From assembly GCF_009914755.1 (NCBI RefSeq), contig NC_060928.1: DNA of 64,000 nt. One strand, written 5' to 3'. Both the position numbers and the translations under genes were made by a program. Positions 28,058 through 42,664 of this stretch are shown one piece after another; position 1 is the first letter of the stretch; each line of letters opens with the position of its first letter. This stretch comes from the human T2T-CHM13v2.0 reference genome, Homo sapiens. The notes below the pieces were generated by a model. The model was not told the DNA's origin. It ran no database searches and worked only from the letters and a program-made list of their open reading frames with translations.

Positions 28058-29912
28058 TAGACAATGAGGCTTAAGCTTGTTTTCTGAGAATCCAACACAT
28101 TTGGGCACGAAGGTCTGAAGCTGGTCTGCTAGAGGTACATTATATAAAAGAAATTGATATTTGATTCACCTATTGTTAATACTCAGGAACATTCTGAGGT
28201 TGGAGCCAGTGCCTTTATCTATTGAACAATCAGAAAGAAAAGAATGACCTAAGCCGGCATAAGCTCCCTATAAGAACAGTGAAAGACACATATCTAAGAA
28301 GAACCTAAAGGGATCCTCACCCTACTTCAGGGCTGCCATTGGCAACTGGCACCTCAAATACTGGGAGGCCAGGCAACTTTGCCTTTCAACTGTGAGTGCT
28401 GGAGAGCTCCTTGCTGTCACTGTCTTCATGCTGCGAAGTTATTGTATCCTTTGCTCATATTAAAGATGTATCTTTAGCCTGGAATCATTGGTACCTTTCT
28501 GTCAATCACTGTCACCAGGTAGCAACTACCAGGTAATTATTCACAGATGTACAAATGATGTATAATTAAAAACTGCTTGCTAAAGTCTTTTAATGACTTT
28601 ACCCCCAAGATGTTCCTTATTTGATCTCTGGGACAAGAAAAAACGGGCCCTTCTGAGTATGTTAATTGAGGTCATAATTGGCTGATATGTATAATCAGTT
28701 TTTCCATATGTTTTCTCAACCTTTTGCCTGCCTATCCTGCAATTCCACACCAATTAAAAAAGAAATTTATTAAATATATGTGTTCTTCTTTCATTGCAAA
28801 ATCTCTTATTCCCCAGAGTATTTCAGAAAGGGCAAGACAACCTTGCTTTCCAGCTGTTTGCAAGCATTATGCCTTTGAGTCATTATGCAGAGCTTTTTAC
28901 AAAATCAAGACATGTATTCATAATATCTGTTAATTTAACATGTTTATTTATATCACTGGAGCATGACTTCTGCATATAAAGAAAGACATATTTTAATAGT
29001 TAAAATTTAATTAAAACTATAAAACTACATAATTCTCCATATTTATAATTTTTAAATAATCAGCAAAATCCTGAATAAGAGGCATCAACTTAAAAAAATA
29101 GTTTGAAAATGATTTCTCTCAAGGAAGGAGGAAGGAGTGACCTGAATTTTACAAATAGAAACTTTCTAAGTAACACCTGAATTGTCAGGGCAGGTTATAC
29201 TTCACAAAATCAAATCAATTTCTGTGATTTGTTTTTTATATTTCTTCTGCCATCACTCAGAACTTAATAACTGGGAAGATTTCAAATACAATAGGTGAAA
29301 ATATCCAGTCATTTATATTTTTTGTATAAGTATTTAACATTCAATATGATGGAGCTTATGACATCACTTAAATGAGATTAAAGATGTCTGAGCTTAGCCA
29401 ACTACAATACTAGCAGCAAATGTCCTTGTGTTCAGTGCAGTACTATGATTTCCAATTAGTTTTTTCCATCGGCTTAATTTGAAATCATAATATCATAAAC
29501 ATTCTGAATTTGACATTGTGTGTCTTCATTTTAATAGCAGGAAAACAGATTTGTAATTTTTGAGCACTTTATAGATGGTGAATTATATCACACACTGAGT
29601 CAAATCTTATTACTAAACAATTATGAATTTACCAGCTAGTGACTGGTATCATGCTACTTGCTAGAAAAATTACTAAACATAAGATATGCTTTATATGAAA
29701 GGAGATTACACCTATGAGGACAGGAAAATGCCGTATTCATCTTGGCATTCATGTTTTTATCCTACAAAGCTGAGCTCAATATTTTACCAACAGTAAGAAC
29801 TCAACAAATATTGAATGGAATGGTTTCTCTAATAAAATTTCTCTCTCTCTGTCTCTCATTCACAGTTTTTTAGCTTATGTTGGTTCCCAAACTTTAGCTT
29901 TTAGTTTTGCAT

Positions 29913-30242
29913 AAGCATTACCTGGGAGTTCTGCCACTTACTACTTTCTGCCATCTACTACTCTCAAAGTTCTTTTCAATTAGTTATAGAGAAGCTTAGG
30001 AAGCTACAGTTTTCAGACCACCAGAAATACCAGCTTAGTAGTTACCAATAGTTCTTTCTTGTTGGAGCATCTCAGAAAAGCATTACCTGGGAGTTCTGGC
30101 ACTTACTACTTTCTGCCACCTACTACTCTCAAAGTTCTTTTCAATTAGTTACAGAGAAGCTTAGGAAGCTACAGTTTTCAGACCACCAGAAATACCAGCT
30201 TAGTAGTTACCAGTAGTTCTTTCTTGTTGGAGCAGCTAAGAA
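29913..30242. repeat. Tandem duplication, 2 x 165 bp
   Basis: 29913-30077 versus 30078-30242, 6 substitutions by eye. Confidence 0.95.
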
Positions 30243-30444
30243 CAAGTCAAAGTATTTATTGAGAAAGAGTGGAATTTGAATAATAACCTTCCTTTCTGCT
30301 CCATCCCAGTGAAAGCAGGGTGGGTGATGGTGATATATATACTGTATACATGCACAAGAATCTGTGCAGAAATAACATGTATCCAGCATCCCTCACTCCA
30401 GGCAGCAATTAGCCCTTTCTTCCCTTCCCTCCCCAAGAGGCAAT

Positions 30445-30665
30445 GTACTACAATGAATAGCGCACAGGACTTCAGATCAGACAGACCGAAGAAACTTCAA
30501 ATTCTGCCTCCATTACTTACCAACAGTGAATTTGGGCAAGTGACTTGAACTCCCAAGTCAGCTTTATAATATATATATAAGAAGAGTAATAACTAGCTCA
30601 TAGGGCTTTTGTGGGAATAGAGAAGTTCATAGAGAATTTTCATAGCATATATTCCAGAATTGTAA
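30445..30665 (+). mobile_element. MIR
   Basis: ttcaaattctgcctccattacttacc...tttgggcaagtgacttgaactc. Confidence 0.7.
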
Positions 30666-32315
30666 CTATTGTTTTTTCCATTTACAGACTCTAAGTTAAA
30701 GAAAGAAACTACAGTATTACCAGTCACATATATTTATACACTAAGTGAAAATGTCACCACAACTCAAAAAAATAAGTGGGTGTGGAATAGATGACCTTCG
30801 ACCTTGATTCTTAACCTAGGATGGGATAATTATATGATTCATATTGATGTATTTATCCATATATAATTTGACATAGGATTGTCTAAATGTTGTCAGTTCA
30901 AAGTAGATCATCTGGCCTGACTAAAAAGTTATCATATTTCATATTTTAGTAGATATAAAATTTGACTCTAAAATGTCAGTGCCAAAATCTTAGAAATAAT
31001 ATTCATGTTTTTACTGGAGTCTCAGATAATAATAAATAGCTCTGTCAAATAAAAAAGGTAAAATATAAAATCTGAAAATGGGCAATATGTTTCAACAAGT
31101 GAAGAGAAACAATAAAGTCAAAGACTCTTTGACGCCGTAAATTGAATGCCAACTTTCTATTTCACTTAGCTTCTCCCCCACTTATTATGCTCTTACAGGT
31201 TTTGAAAGACTCTTAACAGGTAAATGCCCTCATAAATTCTTGAATATACTGAGATTAGAGTTCCCCTTCTGCTAGCTCCAAAGTTACCTAATTTTGTGAC
31301 AAAGTAGCTGACAGAATGTGGCAATTAAGCTATGTTCATATTAGACATGGCTGCATCTATTTTTTTTAACCAAAATGATCTGAGGTTCCAAATTATGAAG
31401 CACAGCAAACCAACAGTGCTTTTCAGGGACAAACTGAATATTTAAATAATTTTTAAATAAATGATCATGACTTTGTTGGTCCTCCTTTGCTGAGCACTAA
31501 AATGATGATGATGATGATGATAAAATAATAATATACATTAAACAATCCCTGCAGTACTACTTAACTATTTTTTACCTCTATTTTTGAATCTATAAAATAC
31601 AGATAACAATTGTATTTACCTCCATAGGGTATGCTGAATGTTAAATATGTTAATAAATCTGCTGATCTCAGCACATGGTAGGTTATAAGAGAATGTCTAT
31701 AATTACTATTTATATTACTATTTATAATTATCCCATTTGTAAAATTGAGGGCAGTGGGTATGTTGTTATCCTAATTGGGGAGTAGAGGAAGCTGAAGCTT
31801 GGTAAGGTCTGTAATTCTCTCAAGTCCACATGGGGGACATCAGTGGAAGTCGAATTTAAATCCCACTTCTCTCATTACAAATACTCTTTCCCTAACTCAG
31901 AGCCTTCTCACAGAAAACTGCAGAAAGCTGGTGAGCTACCCCATGTGCAGAATGCTCTATCAGTGACTTTGTCAGAGTAGCAGGGCCTGAACAAAAGCCA
32001 GGTCTGCCCTTCTTTTAAGTCACTCTATATAAGAGAGAAGTACTTTTGACATGCCTTTCAGTTAAGTGTACTTAAAGCAAAGCTCTCAAGCTTTCCAATG
32101 ACTAAATGCTAGAGGAAATAATGGGAATAGTCAATACCTGTAACTGAAAAATTGCTGACTGTGTGACACAGCAAATCATTACACTGTTCAAATACCAATT
32201 TATAAAGCTGGAGTGATCATAGCTGTCTGGGCCAATTCATCTTAGTCTCTCTTGGTTTGGAATGAATATTTGGTTGGTTTAGACAGCAAAAGCCTTTGAC
32301 CCACAAATGAGAGGC

Positions 32316-32501
32316 TAGGCTTGCCAGATCTAGTAAACAAAACTACAAGCTTCCTAGTTGAATTTTAATTTCAGATAAACAGCCAATACTTCTTTAGTAT
32401 GTTACAAATGTTGCATGAGGCATATTTATACTAAAATATTGCTTGCTATTTATCTGATATTCAATGAAACGGAGTGTCCTGAATTTTACTTGGCAATCCT
32501 A
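32316..32501. mobile_element. MER53 hAT MITE
   Basis: Terminal repeats taggcttgccag...tggcaatccta; internal ttgaattttaatttcagataaaca / tttatctgatattcaa palindrome. Confidence 0.8.
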
Positions 32502-32557
32502 GCAGGGGCTTACTTTGAAAAGTTCCTACCTAAGACTGAGCAGTTAAGGGAGGAAGT

Positions 32558-32961
32558 TGTTATAGAATGAATGTTGGTGTTCCTCCTAAAGTCATAGTTT
32601 GAAGCCCTAATCCTCAATGTGATGGTACGTGGAGATGAAGACTTTGGGAGGTAATTAGGGTTAGATGAGGCCACGAATGGTCAGGTTCTCATGATGGGAT
32701 TAGTGCCCTTAAAAAACAGATACCAGAGAGCTTGTTTTTTTTGTTTTTTTTTCACCCCCTAAGTGTGCACAAAGAGGTCATGTGAGCACACAGCAAGATG
32801 GCAGCCACCTAGAAGGCAAGAGAAGAAGCTTCAGAATGAAACCTACCTTGCTGGCACATTGATCTTGGACTTCCCAGACTCTAGAACCAAAAATAAATTT
32901 CTGTTGTTTAAGCTACTCAGGCCATGGTGTTTTGTTATGGCAGCCCAAGCAGACTAAGATA
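32558..32961 (+). mobile_element. MLT1A/A0-like LTR
   Basis: tgttatagaatgaatgtt...tttgggaggtaattagggttagatgagg...ttatggcagcccaagcagactaagata. Confidence 0.85.
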
Positions 32962-35900
32962 GTAATACTAAGCACTTTGGGGCAGTGGCAACTACCCCAT
33001 CTCACTCAAACCCTTCATCAATGGTGGTACCAAGCTGTGTAGACAACCCTTCTTTGCCTAAATTTCTTGAGTCCCCAAGATGTCCAATCCCTAAAGGAAC
33101 TAGTATGTAAATAATGGGAGTCATATGGGTTCTTTTTTCCCATTGAACGACAGATCGTTTCTCCACATGATTGGCTGCACCTTTCCTATTTTGCTGTGCA
33201 TTTCTAAAACTGAGTTCCATTTTTTTTTTCCCCAGGCTACACTCTTTCAGGTTCCAGTCACTGTTGTGCAACTGTCTGGCTTACAATCTATGTTTATTTT
33301 AAAATCCCACTAAGAATGGATTTAGATATATAAAGTCCCGGCCTAGTCACTTTTAGTCCTTTTTCCTATTGCCTCTTAAATGTTGTTTTATAACTGAATG
33401 CTGAAGTCAGATTTTCTTTTTTACTTCAGAAAACTTTTGCTATTGAACTGTTGAAAATCTTAGCCTAAATAACAAATTCTTTTGCAAAATTTGTGTGTAG
33501 ATTCCAAAATCTCCACCTTGTTGAATAAACTTTTCCAATTACTTTGGCACACACATATGAATCTAGACCTTTTCAGATTTCTACACTGCATTCTACACTA
33601 GGCAGTTTAGCTCTTGGTTATAAACCATGGTTTAGTTTCATTATAAACTATGGTTTGGTTGAGCTCTTGGTTATAAATTATGTTTTAATTTTCCTTCTAT
33701 TCCTACTCCATTTTTTCCCGATCTGTCTTTCCCATGCACACACCCATGCATGCTCACACACCCAAAAAACTGTTAATCCTCATTTATTTTTCATTCATCT
33801 TTAAACATAATCAGTGCAGTGCTAAATACATAACTGCTGCTTAACACATTAGCTGTTGATTATTTTCTGATATTTGCCTGAATTACACTCAATTATTTTT
33901 AACTTTTGAAATTATTTCTGTATTTTACCTTATTATTAACCTAAGAGGAAAAGAGGAAAAGATTTTATCTGGAAAAAAATAAGATGATTCTCAAGAAATT
34001 TTCCATGAAGAACTTGCCAAAACATAATATAAAAAGAATTGTGGTTTCTGAAATTTACTTAAGGCCTCCTGGATGTTGATCTTTTCACACTGAAGCTGAT
34101 TTAATTTTGCCCCTGAGCTTGTAAGCACCAGATAATTTGCTTGCTTGGATTGTCACTGAGTCTAATAAGTGTCGGTCATTAATAAAACTTTTTCAGAACA
34201 TGAGAATGATGTAGGAATGGTGCGGTTATATTATGAAAGTTGAGTGTAAATGATTCTTGGGAGGAAAAGATTTCCAAATTATGCAACGAATGGAATTTAC
34301 TCAACTTTTAAAGATCCAAAGGGAGGTAATATGTATGCAGTAATGCTTGTTTAACAGACCTGGGCTGAGCTTTTCTACCCAAAATAGATATATTTTACAT
34401 AATAATGCTATATATTGGTTTATTATAAGTTACATGAGCCTGGATTCCTCTGTAAGTATTGCTTACTTTACCTCATTTCAAATTCATTATAGAATTCATG
34501 GTTCTTTTGTGCTTTTTTAGAAAAAGATATTTCCCCAATGGATATTTTACTTCCTTTCAACCTGCTTCTTTACCTCCTCCAAAATTCTAAATTCTGACTA
34601 TTAAACATGATTTAATGAGCTGAGAGTAGGTATGTTCCTTCACTGTGATTACCCAATACCCCATGCATACCTCAATCCTGCCGAGTTGCAATCTTCATTT
34701 TGCCTGACTATATCTCTTGTGCTAAACTACTGGCTCTTCAGAAGCAAGGCCGGCTGTTATCCTCAAGGTGCGTAAGTCCTAGCACATGCTGGTACTTGAC
34801 ATATGCTTGATATACAAATTAAAAATGAGCCGTGATGATCCCAGGCACTCAATACTAGTGGCAGTACAGTAAAGTGGCTGAGAGCAAGACGGTCTCTGCA
34901 GATCCTTGGCTTAAATTCCCATTGAAAACATTTCATTTCATTTAGAGAAATGTCACTTTGAAAAGTTCTGGCATTTTATGTCCTTTTTAATGCTAACCAC
35001 AGTTATATTTATCTTTTTTACTATTATTCAATGTGATCCTATGTTGTCTGTACTTTTAACGGCACTAGAAAAAAAACAAGTATCTCCCTACCAATAATAA
35101 TGAGTCACACAAGTGAAACATATTTAGGTAAATAGAAATTTTGCTATATTTAACCAATCACTATTGAACTTAATACCATAATAAATTATACCCATTTACA
35201 TTTGATTAGCACTTGCAAGTTTATACACCTTTCCCATAAATTATCTTATTTAAAATGGCACATTAGCTTTTTAATTATATAAGAATTTCACAAATATGTG
35301 GTTTTGTGGAAAATCTGAAGTACAAAAGTATATACATTTAAAGGTAGAGTTCTCATTAACCTGAGATAATAAAATTGCATTTTCTCCACACCCCTCCAAG
35401 GTGTTGGGTGGGTCACAGGTCAGAAAACTTAGCAAGCCACGAGAGGTAGGCTGACAGATGGTTGGGACTTAGCAGGAGGGTTTGCAAAGCAGTGCAAAGC
35501 AATGCAAAAGAAAAGGTTTGCAAAGCAGTGCAAAAGAAAAGCTTGGGCCTGAAATAGAAAATCTATTTTAAAAGAAGACATATTGTGTCAATAGTTATCA
35601 CAATGATACTTGAGAGTTTAAGCACCCCAAAAGAATAATAAATCAATGATCAGCTTCATCAGATGTAACTGATTGTATTGCATCACTGAAGCTAATGTAC
35701 AAGAAAATTATCTGGGGGAATTAGCTTGCCTAGTTTCATGGCTCCTTAAGGAAGCAATAATACTAACTACTCTCAAAGCAACAAGAAGGCTGTCAGCTGT
35801 AGGTGCTTTCATGTGAAATGCCCCTATTTGATGCCCTGCTAGAGTCCAATTCACTGCTAGTGTTCTTAGACTAAATAAAGAACAGTAGCTGAAGGATTTG

Positions 35901-36189
35901 CTATCATATCATAATGTGTGAAAAATGCTACAGTGTCCCTTTATGAGATATTAAAACTGTATGTAAATAGAAATAAAACTGCATGATGTCACCATCACGA
36001 AGCTAAGTTTTAAAAAATGTTCTTCAAATTCAGAAACAACCTGATACCTATAGGGAATTTAGATTCTTTTTGACTAGAAACATCAAGAGAACAACATACC
36101 TGTTTAGTTCGGCACAGTGTACGCTCTATTCTTGGGCGATTTCTACATGAAAATTAGTAATGTCTTGATGTCAGAAAACCATATTTCCT

Positions 36190-36521
36190 TTTCTTTTTCT
36201 TTCTTTTTTTTTTTTTTTTTTTTTTTTTGAGACAGGGTCTTGCTCTGTCATCCAGGCTGGAGTGCAGTGGTGCAATCATGGCTCACTGTAGGCTTAACCT
36301 CCTGGTCTCAAATGATCCTCCCACCTAATCCTCTCTACTAGCTGAGACCATAGGCATGGACCACCACAGCTGGCTAATTTTTTTTTTTTTTTTTGACTTT
36401 TTGTAGAGACGAGGTCTAGCTATGTTTCCCAGGCTGTTCTCAAACTCCTGGGCTCAAGTGATCCTTCCACCTTGGCCTCCCAAAATACTGGGATTACAGG
36501 TGTGAGCCACCATACCCGGCC
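36190..36521 (-). mobile_element. AluJ
   Basis: gacagggtcttgctctgtc, atgatcctcccacc; TSD-like catattt(c/a)cttt. Confidence 0.92.
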
Positions 36522-36549
36522 AACATATTTACTTTAAAAAAGCCTTCAG

Positions 36550-36836
<287 letters not shown>

Positions 36837-36839
36837 TCA

Positions 36840-37625
36840 GAATCCCATTTTCTTCTCTATCATCACCATACTCATGTTCATATTATCTAAGTCTTTATAA
36901 ATTATATTGATTACTTACTCTGCTTTTTTCTCTTTCCCCGGACCCTGCTGGTTTAGTTTCCAGCATCAAGTGTTAGGCTTATTGCCATCAATTCCTTAGT
37001 GCTTTTCTCAAACCTCTCTTCGCTGCAGATACGATGATTGAAAACAAACACACTAACAGATACGGCCATGAAACTTTCCTGTTTAAAATCCTTCAATGAT
37101 GCCCTCTTCATCCAATGAACAGTTGTTTCCTTAATAGCCTCTAGACGCCCGCAAGAAAGAGCCCAAACTCCTTTGCATAGCATGAAAGATGTTTCTGTTT
37201 TTTGCCTAATGTATTGAGTAACATGTTTTGCTACTCTCCTCACACCTACTTTTCAGAAATAACAAATCCCATGTTGTGTCTTGAACACCATATGGTACTT
37301 CCCATTCCCATTTACTTTCACACGCCCCTTGCACCTTCCGAAATGTCATCGCTCTCTAGTTCACCTGGCTACTTTCTACATAGTGTTATTCTGTGACGCT
37401 TCCTCACTATATTCGGTAAGGAAAATGTACTACCTCTGTATCTTATTATTGCTTCTCTTGTTGCTCACAAGTTATATATGAATTTGTTACATGTTTATTT
37501 CTCCTATCAACACATGAGATTCTTGAAGGCATGAACTTTGTCATATTTATCTTCCTATCTCCAAAACCTACTATAAAACATGCTTCATAATAAACACTCA
37601 ATGAGTATATGTGGTTTGAATAAAT
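36840..37625. mobile_element. L2 fragments
   Basis: tttaaaatccttcaatg; 3' end tcttgaaggcatgaac...cactcaatgagtatatgtggtttgaataaatg. Confidence 0.55.
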
Positions 37626-38577
37626 GTACTTAAGAGAAAAAAAGATAGTAATATAAGCCATGCTTTTATTTTAATTAATGACATTTTCTAGTTTTCCATT
37701 TATTCAAATAGTAAAATTTTACTAAAAATGGTAGTTATGTAAACATTAGCTAAAGATGACCTATTGGACAGGCAATTTGCAAATAAATTATTTTCTTCTT
37801 AGATATGAGGTAAATCAATAGTAACTTAGCAATGAAGATATAAACTTAGACATTATACCTATATTCCAGTTGGAAAGGTGGATGGAGTTAATGCTATAAA
37901 CACTTCAAAAAATGTATTTCTATCCTCCTAATATGGACATCTCTAATAGTTTCTGCAACTCCACGGTATAAAAACCCTCTGCTATGTCCTCTCAAAACAC
38001 CTCCTCAATCTGGGTCAGGCCTGCCTTTCCTCAATTCAATTCTATCTTTATGTGCCCATATTCTGGACCAATTGTGCTCAATGGCATCTATGCTTTATTT
38101 AGAATAAGTCCCTCCAAAGTTTCTAACTCTTGAGTCTTTAGTCTACCAATCTGTTCATCTTAAGTGAAAATTGATTTTCCTCTGACTCCGTTTTCCTTGA
38201 GGGTTATGAAATAAAATGAGATTTGGTGTTCCATCATTTATACATTACCCACCATCTATTCATTCAACAAATATTTGGGTGCCACATTCAAGCCACTATT
38301 CCATCACCCTTGCTCTAACTTCCCATCCATTAAGAATTATGCCATCTTTTATCAGGCTTTCTACATCTTTGTGCTATCACAAGGAAACTCCCTCAGCTTT
38401 TAATTATTTGAGGACATGTACAATTTTACCTTTTTTTCCTTTTTTATATCCCTGGTTGCTTATGTCAACTTTCACAGTGATGATCTTCTAACATAATAGA
38501 TTCCATGCTTTTTGATGTTCAGCATTATTGTTACACTTTAGTTTTCTACCACCCTACACTTTCGACTTCAAAAATAG

Positions 38578-38880
<303 letters not shown>

Positions 38881-39602
38881 AACTTCCATCTTTATAATAA
38901 CCTCCTCTTTGCCTTTCATGAAATTGCTCTTATTGAAAGTAAATAGAATCCTTTCAATAAATATCTGTCCCAGGGTTTATAATGAGTCACACTTCAGTGC
39001 AAGACATACAAAGTAGAACCATGTAGGAACTCTATTCCAATGGAAGTAATAGGAGCTACAAACTTATGAGGGAAGCAGATAAGAAAATTCACCATTACAT
39101 TAGACTCATATAGGTGCCACAAGAAGGGTATCTGGAGCAGGAGATGGAGGTCCAGCGTAAAGTAATGTCAGCTAAATATTTTGGGAACACTCTTCAAGAA
39201 TTTCCAACTCAAATGCTTCCATGAAAGCATTAAAAACTATTCCATCCCTCTGGATGCCCCAAAAGAGTTTGCATAATTGTACATAACACAAAAATAATCT
39301 TATACTGAGGTTATATTTATGACAAGTTTTGTATCTATTTCTAAACGGTACGTTCTTCCAGCAGACTGATTTAACACTCTTCGGGTCACAGACGTTTTAA
39401 AAAATCTTTTTCATAATTATTTGGCAAATTTATACTTATCTACTCTTTAGGGACTTTTGTACAAGCTCCCTCACAAAAATCTTCTAAAGTTATAAGTTTA
39501 TTGCACCCATTTACATAGAAGGAAACTAAAAATTAACAGCTATGTAAGGCATCTATGTTTACCTAGCTAGTAGACAGCAAACCTACATTAAAAGTGAGGT
39601 AT

Positions 39603-39985
39603 AGTGGAGACTGCTAGGTAATCCCCCCAATTTTTTTTTGTTTCTTTTTGGACATATAGTTGAGCTGTATTTCCCAGTCTTCAATTCCATTGGATTTGGC
39701 CATAAAACCCAGTTCTAGTTGATGGGATGTTAGTGAATATAATGAAAGAGATTTCTGGGCCAAGCTAATAAAAATGCCACACTTTTGCTCCTTGGTACTC
39801 CTTTCCTTTTTCTAGAGTACTGGGAGGTTAGTATCTTCTAAGGCAAATGTGAAAGTCATGCATTGAAGATAGCCAACCTGAACATCCACTTAGACAATTA
39901 AATGAGAGAGAAATAAATCTTTGTGTGGAAAGTTAACAACAAGGCAGGCTCTATTTAATACTACAGGTTATCCTACCTTATTGAA
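39603..39985 (+). mobile_element. Old MLT1 (J-like) LTR
   Basis: gctgtatttcccagtct...agttctagttgatgggatgt...tgagagagaaataaatcttt. Confidence 0.5.
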
Positions 39986-39995
39986 TGCAGTAGAC

Positions 39996-40495
39996 CAGCA
40001 TTTATCAAACATTTTAGTCTTAGGACCTATTGACACTTTCAAAAATTATCAAAGATTTCTAAGAACTTTTGTTAATATGGGTTTTATCTTGATATTTATC
40101 TTATTAGAATTTAAACTGAGAAATTATTAACATATTTATTCATTTTAAGATATAAAGTTAGTACATGTTAACATAAATATTGTTTTTGAAAAAAATGTAA
40201 ATTTTCCAAAATAAAAAAAATTGTGAAGATTGGCATTGCTTTACATTTTTGCAAATACCTTTAATATTTCGGTTATTAGAAAATACTTACATTCTCATAT
40301 CTGCTTCTGGATTTAGTCTGCTATGATAGTCATCGTAGAGCTTCTAGAAAAGTTTACTGTACATTTATTAGCAAAAGAAGATGAAAAGAGAAATATCATC
40401 TCAGTGTTACTACAAAAATAGATTCATTTCTTGAACCAGCTAAAAGAATCTCAGAGGTCCACACCTCATTAATGATCACATTTTAAGAATTACTG
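39996..40495 (+). mobile_element. Charlie4a hAT element
   Basis: 500 bp; caaacattttagtcttaggacc...aaaaattat...aaactgagaaa; 8-bp TSD cagtagac/cactagac. Confidence 0.8.
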
Positions 40496-41809
40496 CACTA
40501 GACCTTTGACAACAGAAGTTACTATGTTATCCACTATGTAGTATTTAAAATTCTTAGGAAAGCTACGGGTTCTTTCCTCAAAAAAAAAAAAAAAAAAACA
40601 CATACATACATACTTTTATGCCTAATTTAAGTGGTTTCCTAAAACCCCTGAATCTCATTCAATGGAAGTCAAAAACTTTCTCTAGAGTAGATGGCATGGC
40701 TTTTTTTAACTTTCATGTATCTTCTACTATACTGAGAAATGTACACTTTATACTTTATATAATGTCAATAAACATACGCTAGAAACAGAAAACATTAGAA
40801 CTGGGAGGATCTTCAGAGATCATACTGTGAAATTTTCTCCTTTTCACATTTAGACTGTGCAAACCTAGGGAAGGAAAGTGACTACCTCAAGGCCACAGTG
40901 AACATGATAAAGAAAGGATGCAGAAATAAAAACACAATTTGCAAAGTTATGACACATCACTCATTCATATTTAAAATCTTTAAGTGATATAAAGTTATAC
41001 ATTCAAAGAGACAAAAATATTTTTAGGATTTTGGAATTTAAGGAGACATATAAGCCATCTATTTAAATCATCTCATTTGTAAGAAAAACCTACAGGATCT
41101 CAGAAGGATTAAACTGCTTTGCTAAATTTACAAAATGGTAAAGACCTGGTTTGCCAACTCTGAACAGAATATTATAACCAATATATCACATTTCCCTTTA
41201 AAGAACTCACATTTTATAGTCAATTAATAATCTCCATTTTGAAGCAAATTTATAAGAATAGCAACTGATGCACTGTATTTAAAAATATAAACAAAATCTT
41301 CAGAATACACCTTAATAATCCAGATTACAAAATTGTATTCACTTTATTTTGCTTCTCCAGATTTAAAAATGAAGAGAGCAAAGGCTGGGAAAGTTAGTCA
41401 TCTAAAATTCTATCTTCTTTTGTCAAAACAATATAACACAAATATAAAGTTATTTTAAAATAAATTGTTCTGGCAAATTGGTACCCTGACCCAACGAGGA
41501 GGTTATGAAATCCAGTACCCCTCCATACTTCATTGAAACTTACTCAAATTACTGCAGTAGATTTTCCACTCTTGGAAAATGAGCAAATAAATGGCAGCAT
41601 CCTTTCTAATGTCAATTCTCGACATTCTGATTAAAGTTCTGTTTTAAGTGCCCAGATACATTAAATCAACCCATTGTTTTCCATCCTTACAGATAGCCCA
41701 GAGTTCTAGAGAAGGATGGCGACTACAAAGAAATCAATCATCAGGATGTGCTTCTTTTAACACATAATGCTGTTGGTTAATTGGGTTTTTTGAAAGAATC
41801 TGGAAAGAT

Positions 41810-42664
41810 CCATCAAAAAGTGGGCGAAGGACATGAACAGACACTTCTCAAAAGAAGACATTTATGCAGCCAAAAAACACAGGAAAAAATGCTCATCATC
41901 ACTGGCCATCAGAGAAATGCAAATCAAAACCACAATGAGATACCACCTCACACCAGTTAGAATGGCAATCATTAAAAAGTCAGGAAACAACAGGTGCTGG
42001 AGAGGATGTGGAGAAATAGGAACACTTTTACACTGTTCGTGGGACTGTAAACTAGTTCAACCATTGTGGAAGTCAGTGTGGCGATTCCTCAGGGATCTAG
42101 AACTGGAAATACCATTTGATGCAGCCATCCCATTACTGGGTATATACCCAAAGGACTATAAATCATGCTGCTATAAAGACACATGCACACGTATGTTTAT
42201 TGCGGCATTATTCACAATAGCAAAGACTTGGAACCAACCCAAATGTCCAACAATGATAGACTGGATTAAGAAAATGTGGCACACATACACCATGGAATAC
42301 TATGCAGCCATAAAAAATGATGAGTTCATGTCCTTTGTAGGGACATGGATGAAATTGGAAATCATCATTGTCAGTAAACTATCACAAGAACAAAAAACCA
42401 AACACCACATATTCTCACTCATAGGTGGGAATTGAACAATGAGATCACATGGACACAGGAAGGGGAATATCACACTCTGGGGACTGTTGTGGGGTGGGGG
42501 GAGGGGGGAGGGATAGCATTAGGTGATATACCTAACGCTAGATGACGAGTTAGTGGGTGCAGCGCACCAGCATGGGCACATGTATACATATGTAACTAAC
42601 CTGCACAATGTGCACATGTACCCTAGAACTTAAAGTATAATAAAAAAAAAGGAAAAAAAAAAAA
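41810..42664 (+). mobile_element. Young 5'-truncated L1PA2-like element; open ORF2p C-terminal 200 aa (41833-42435)
   Basis: ORF reads [14 protein letters not shown] (zinc knuckle)...SLIGGN; 3'UTR has gatgacGAGttagtggg (GAG, not Ta ACA); TSD gaaagaatctg at 41792-41802 and 42665-42675. Confidence 0.95.

Noticed and set aside
29340-29395. Possible C/D box snoRNA (atgatgg ... ctga)
   Set aside because: Imperfect C box, too short, no terminal stem and no recognisable guide.
41833-42435. 200-aa ORF as a cellular CDS
   Set aside because: C-terminal part of L1 ORF2p in a promoterless 5'-truncated element.
42490-42512. G-quadruplex-forming G-tract
   Set aside because: Standard L1 3'UTR polypurine tract.
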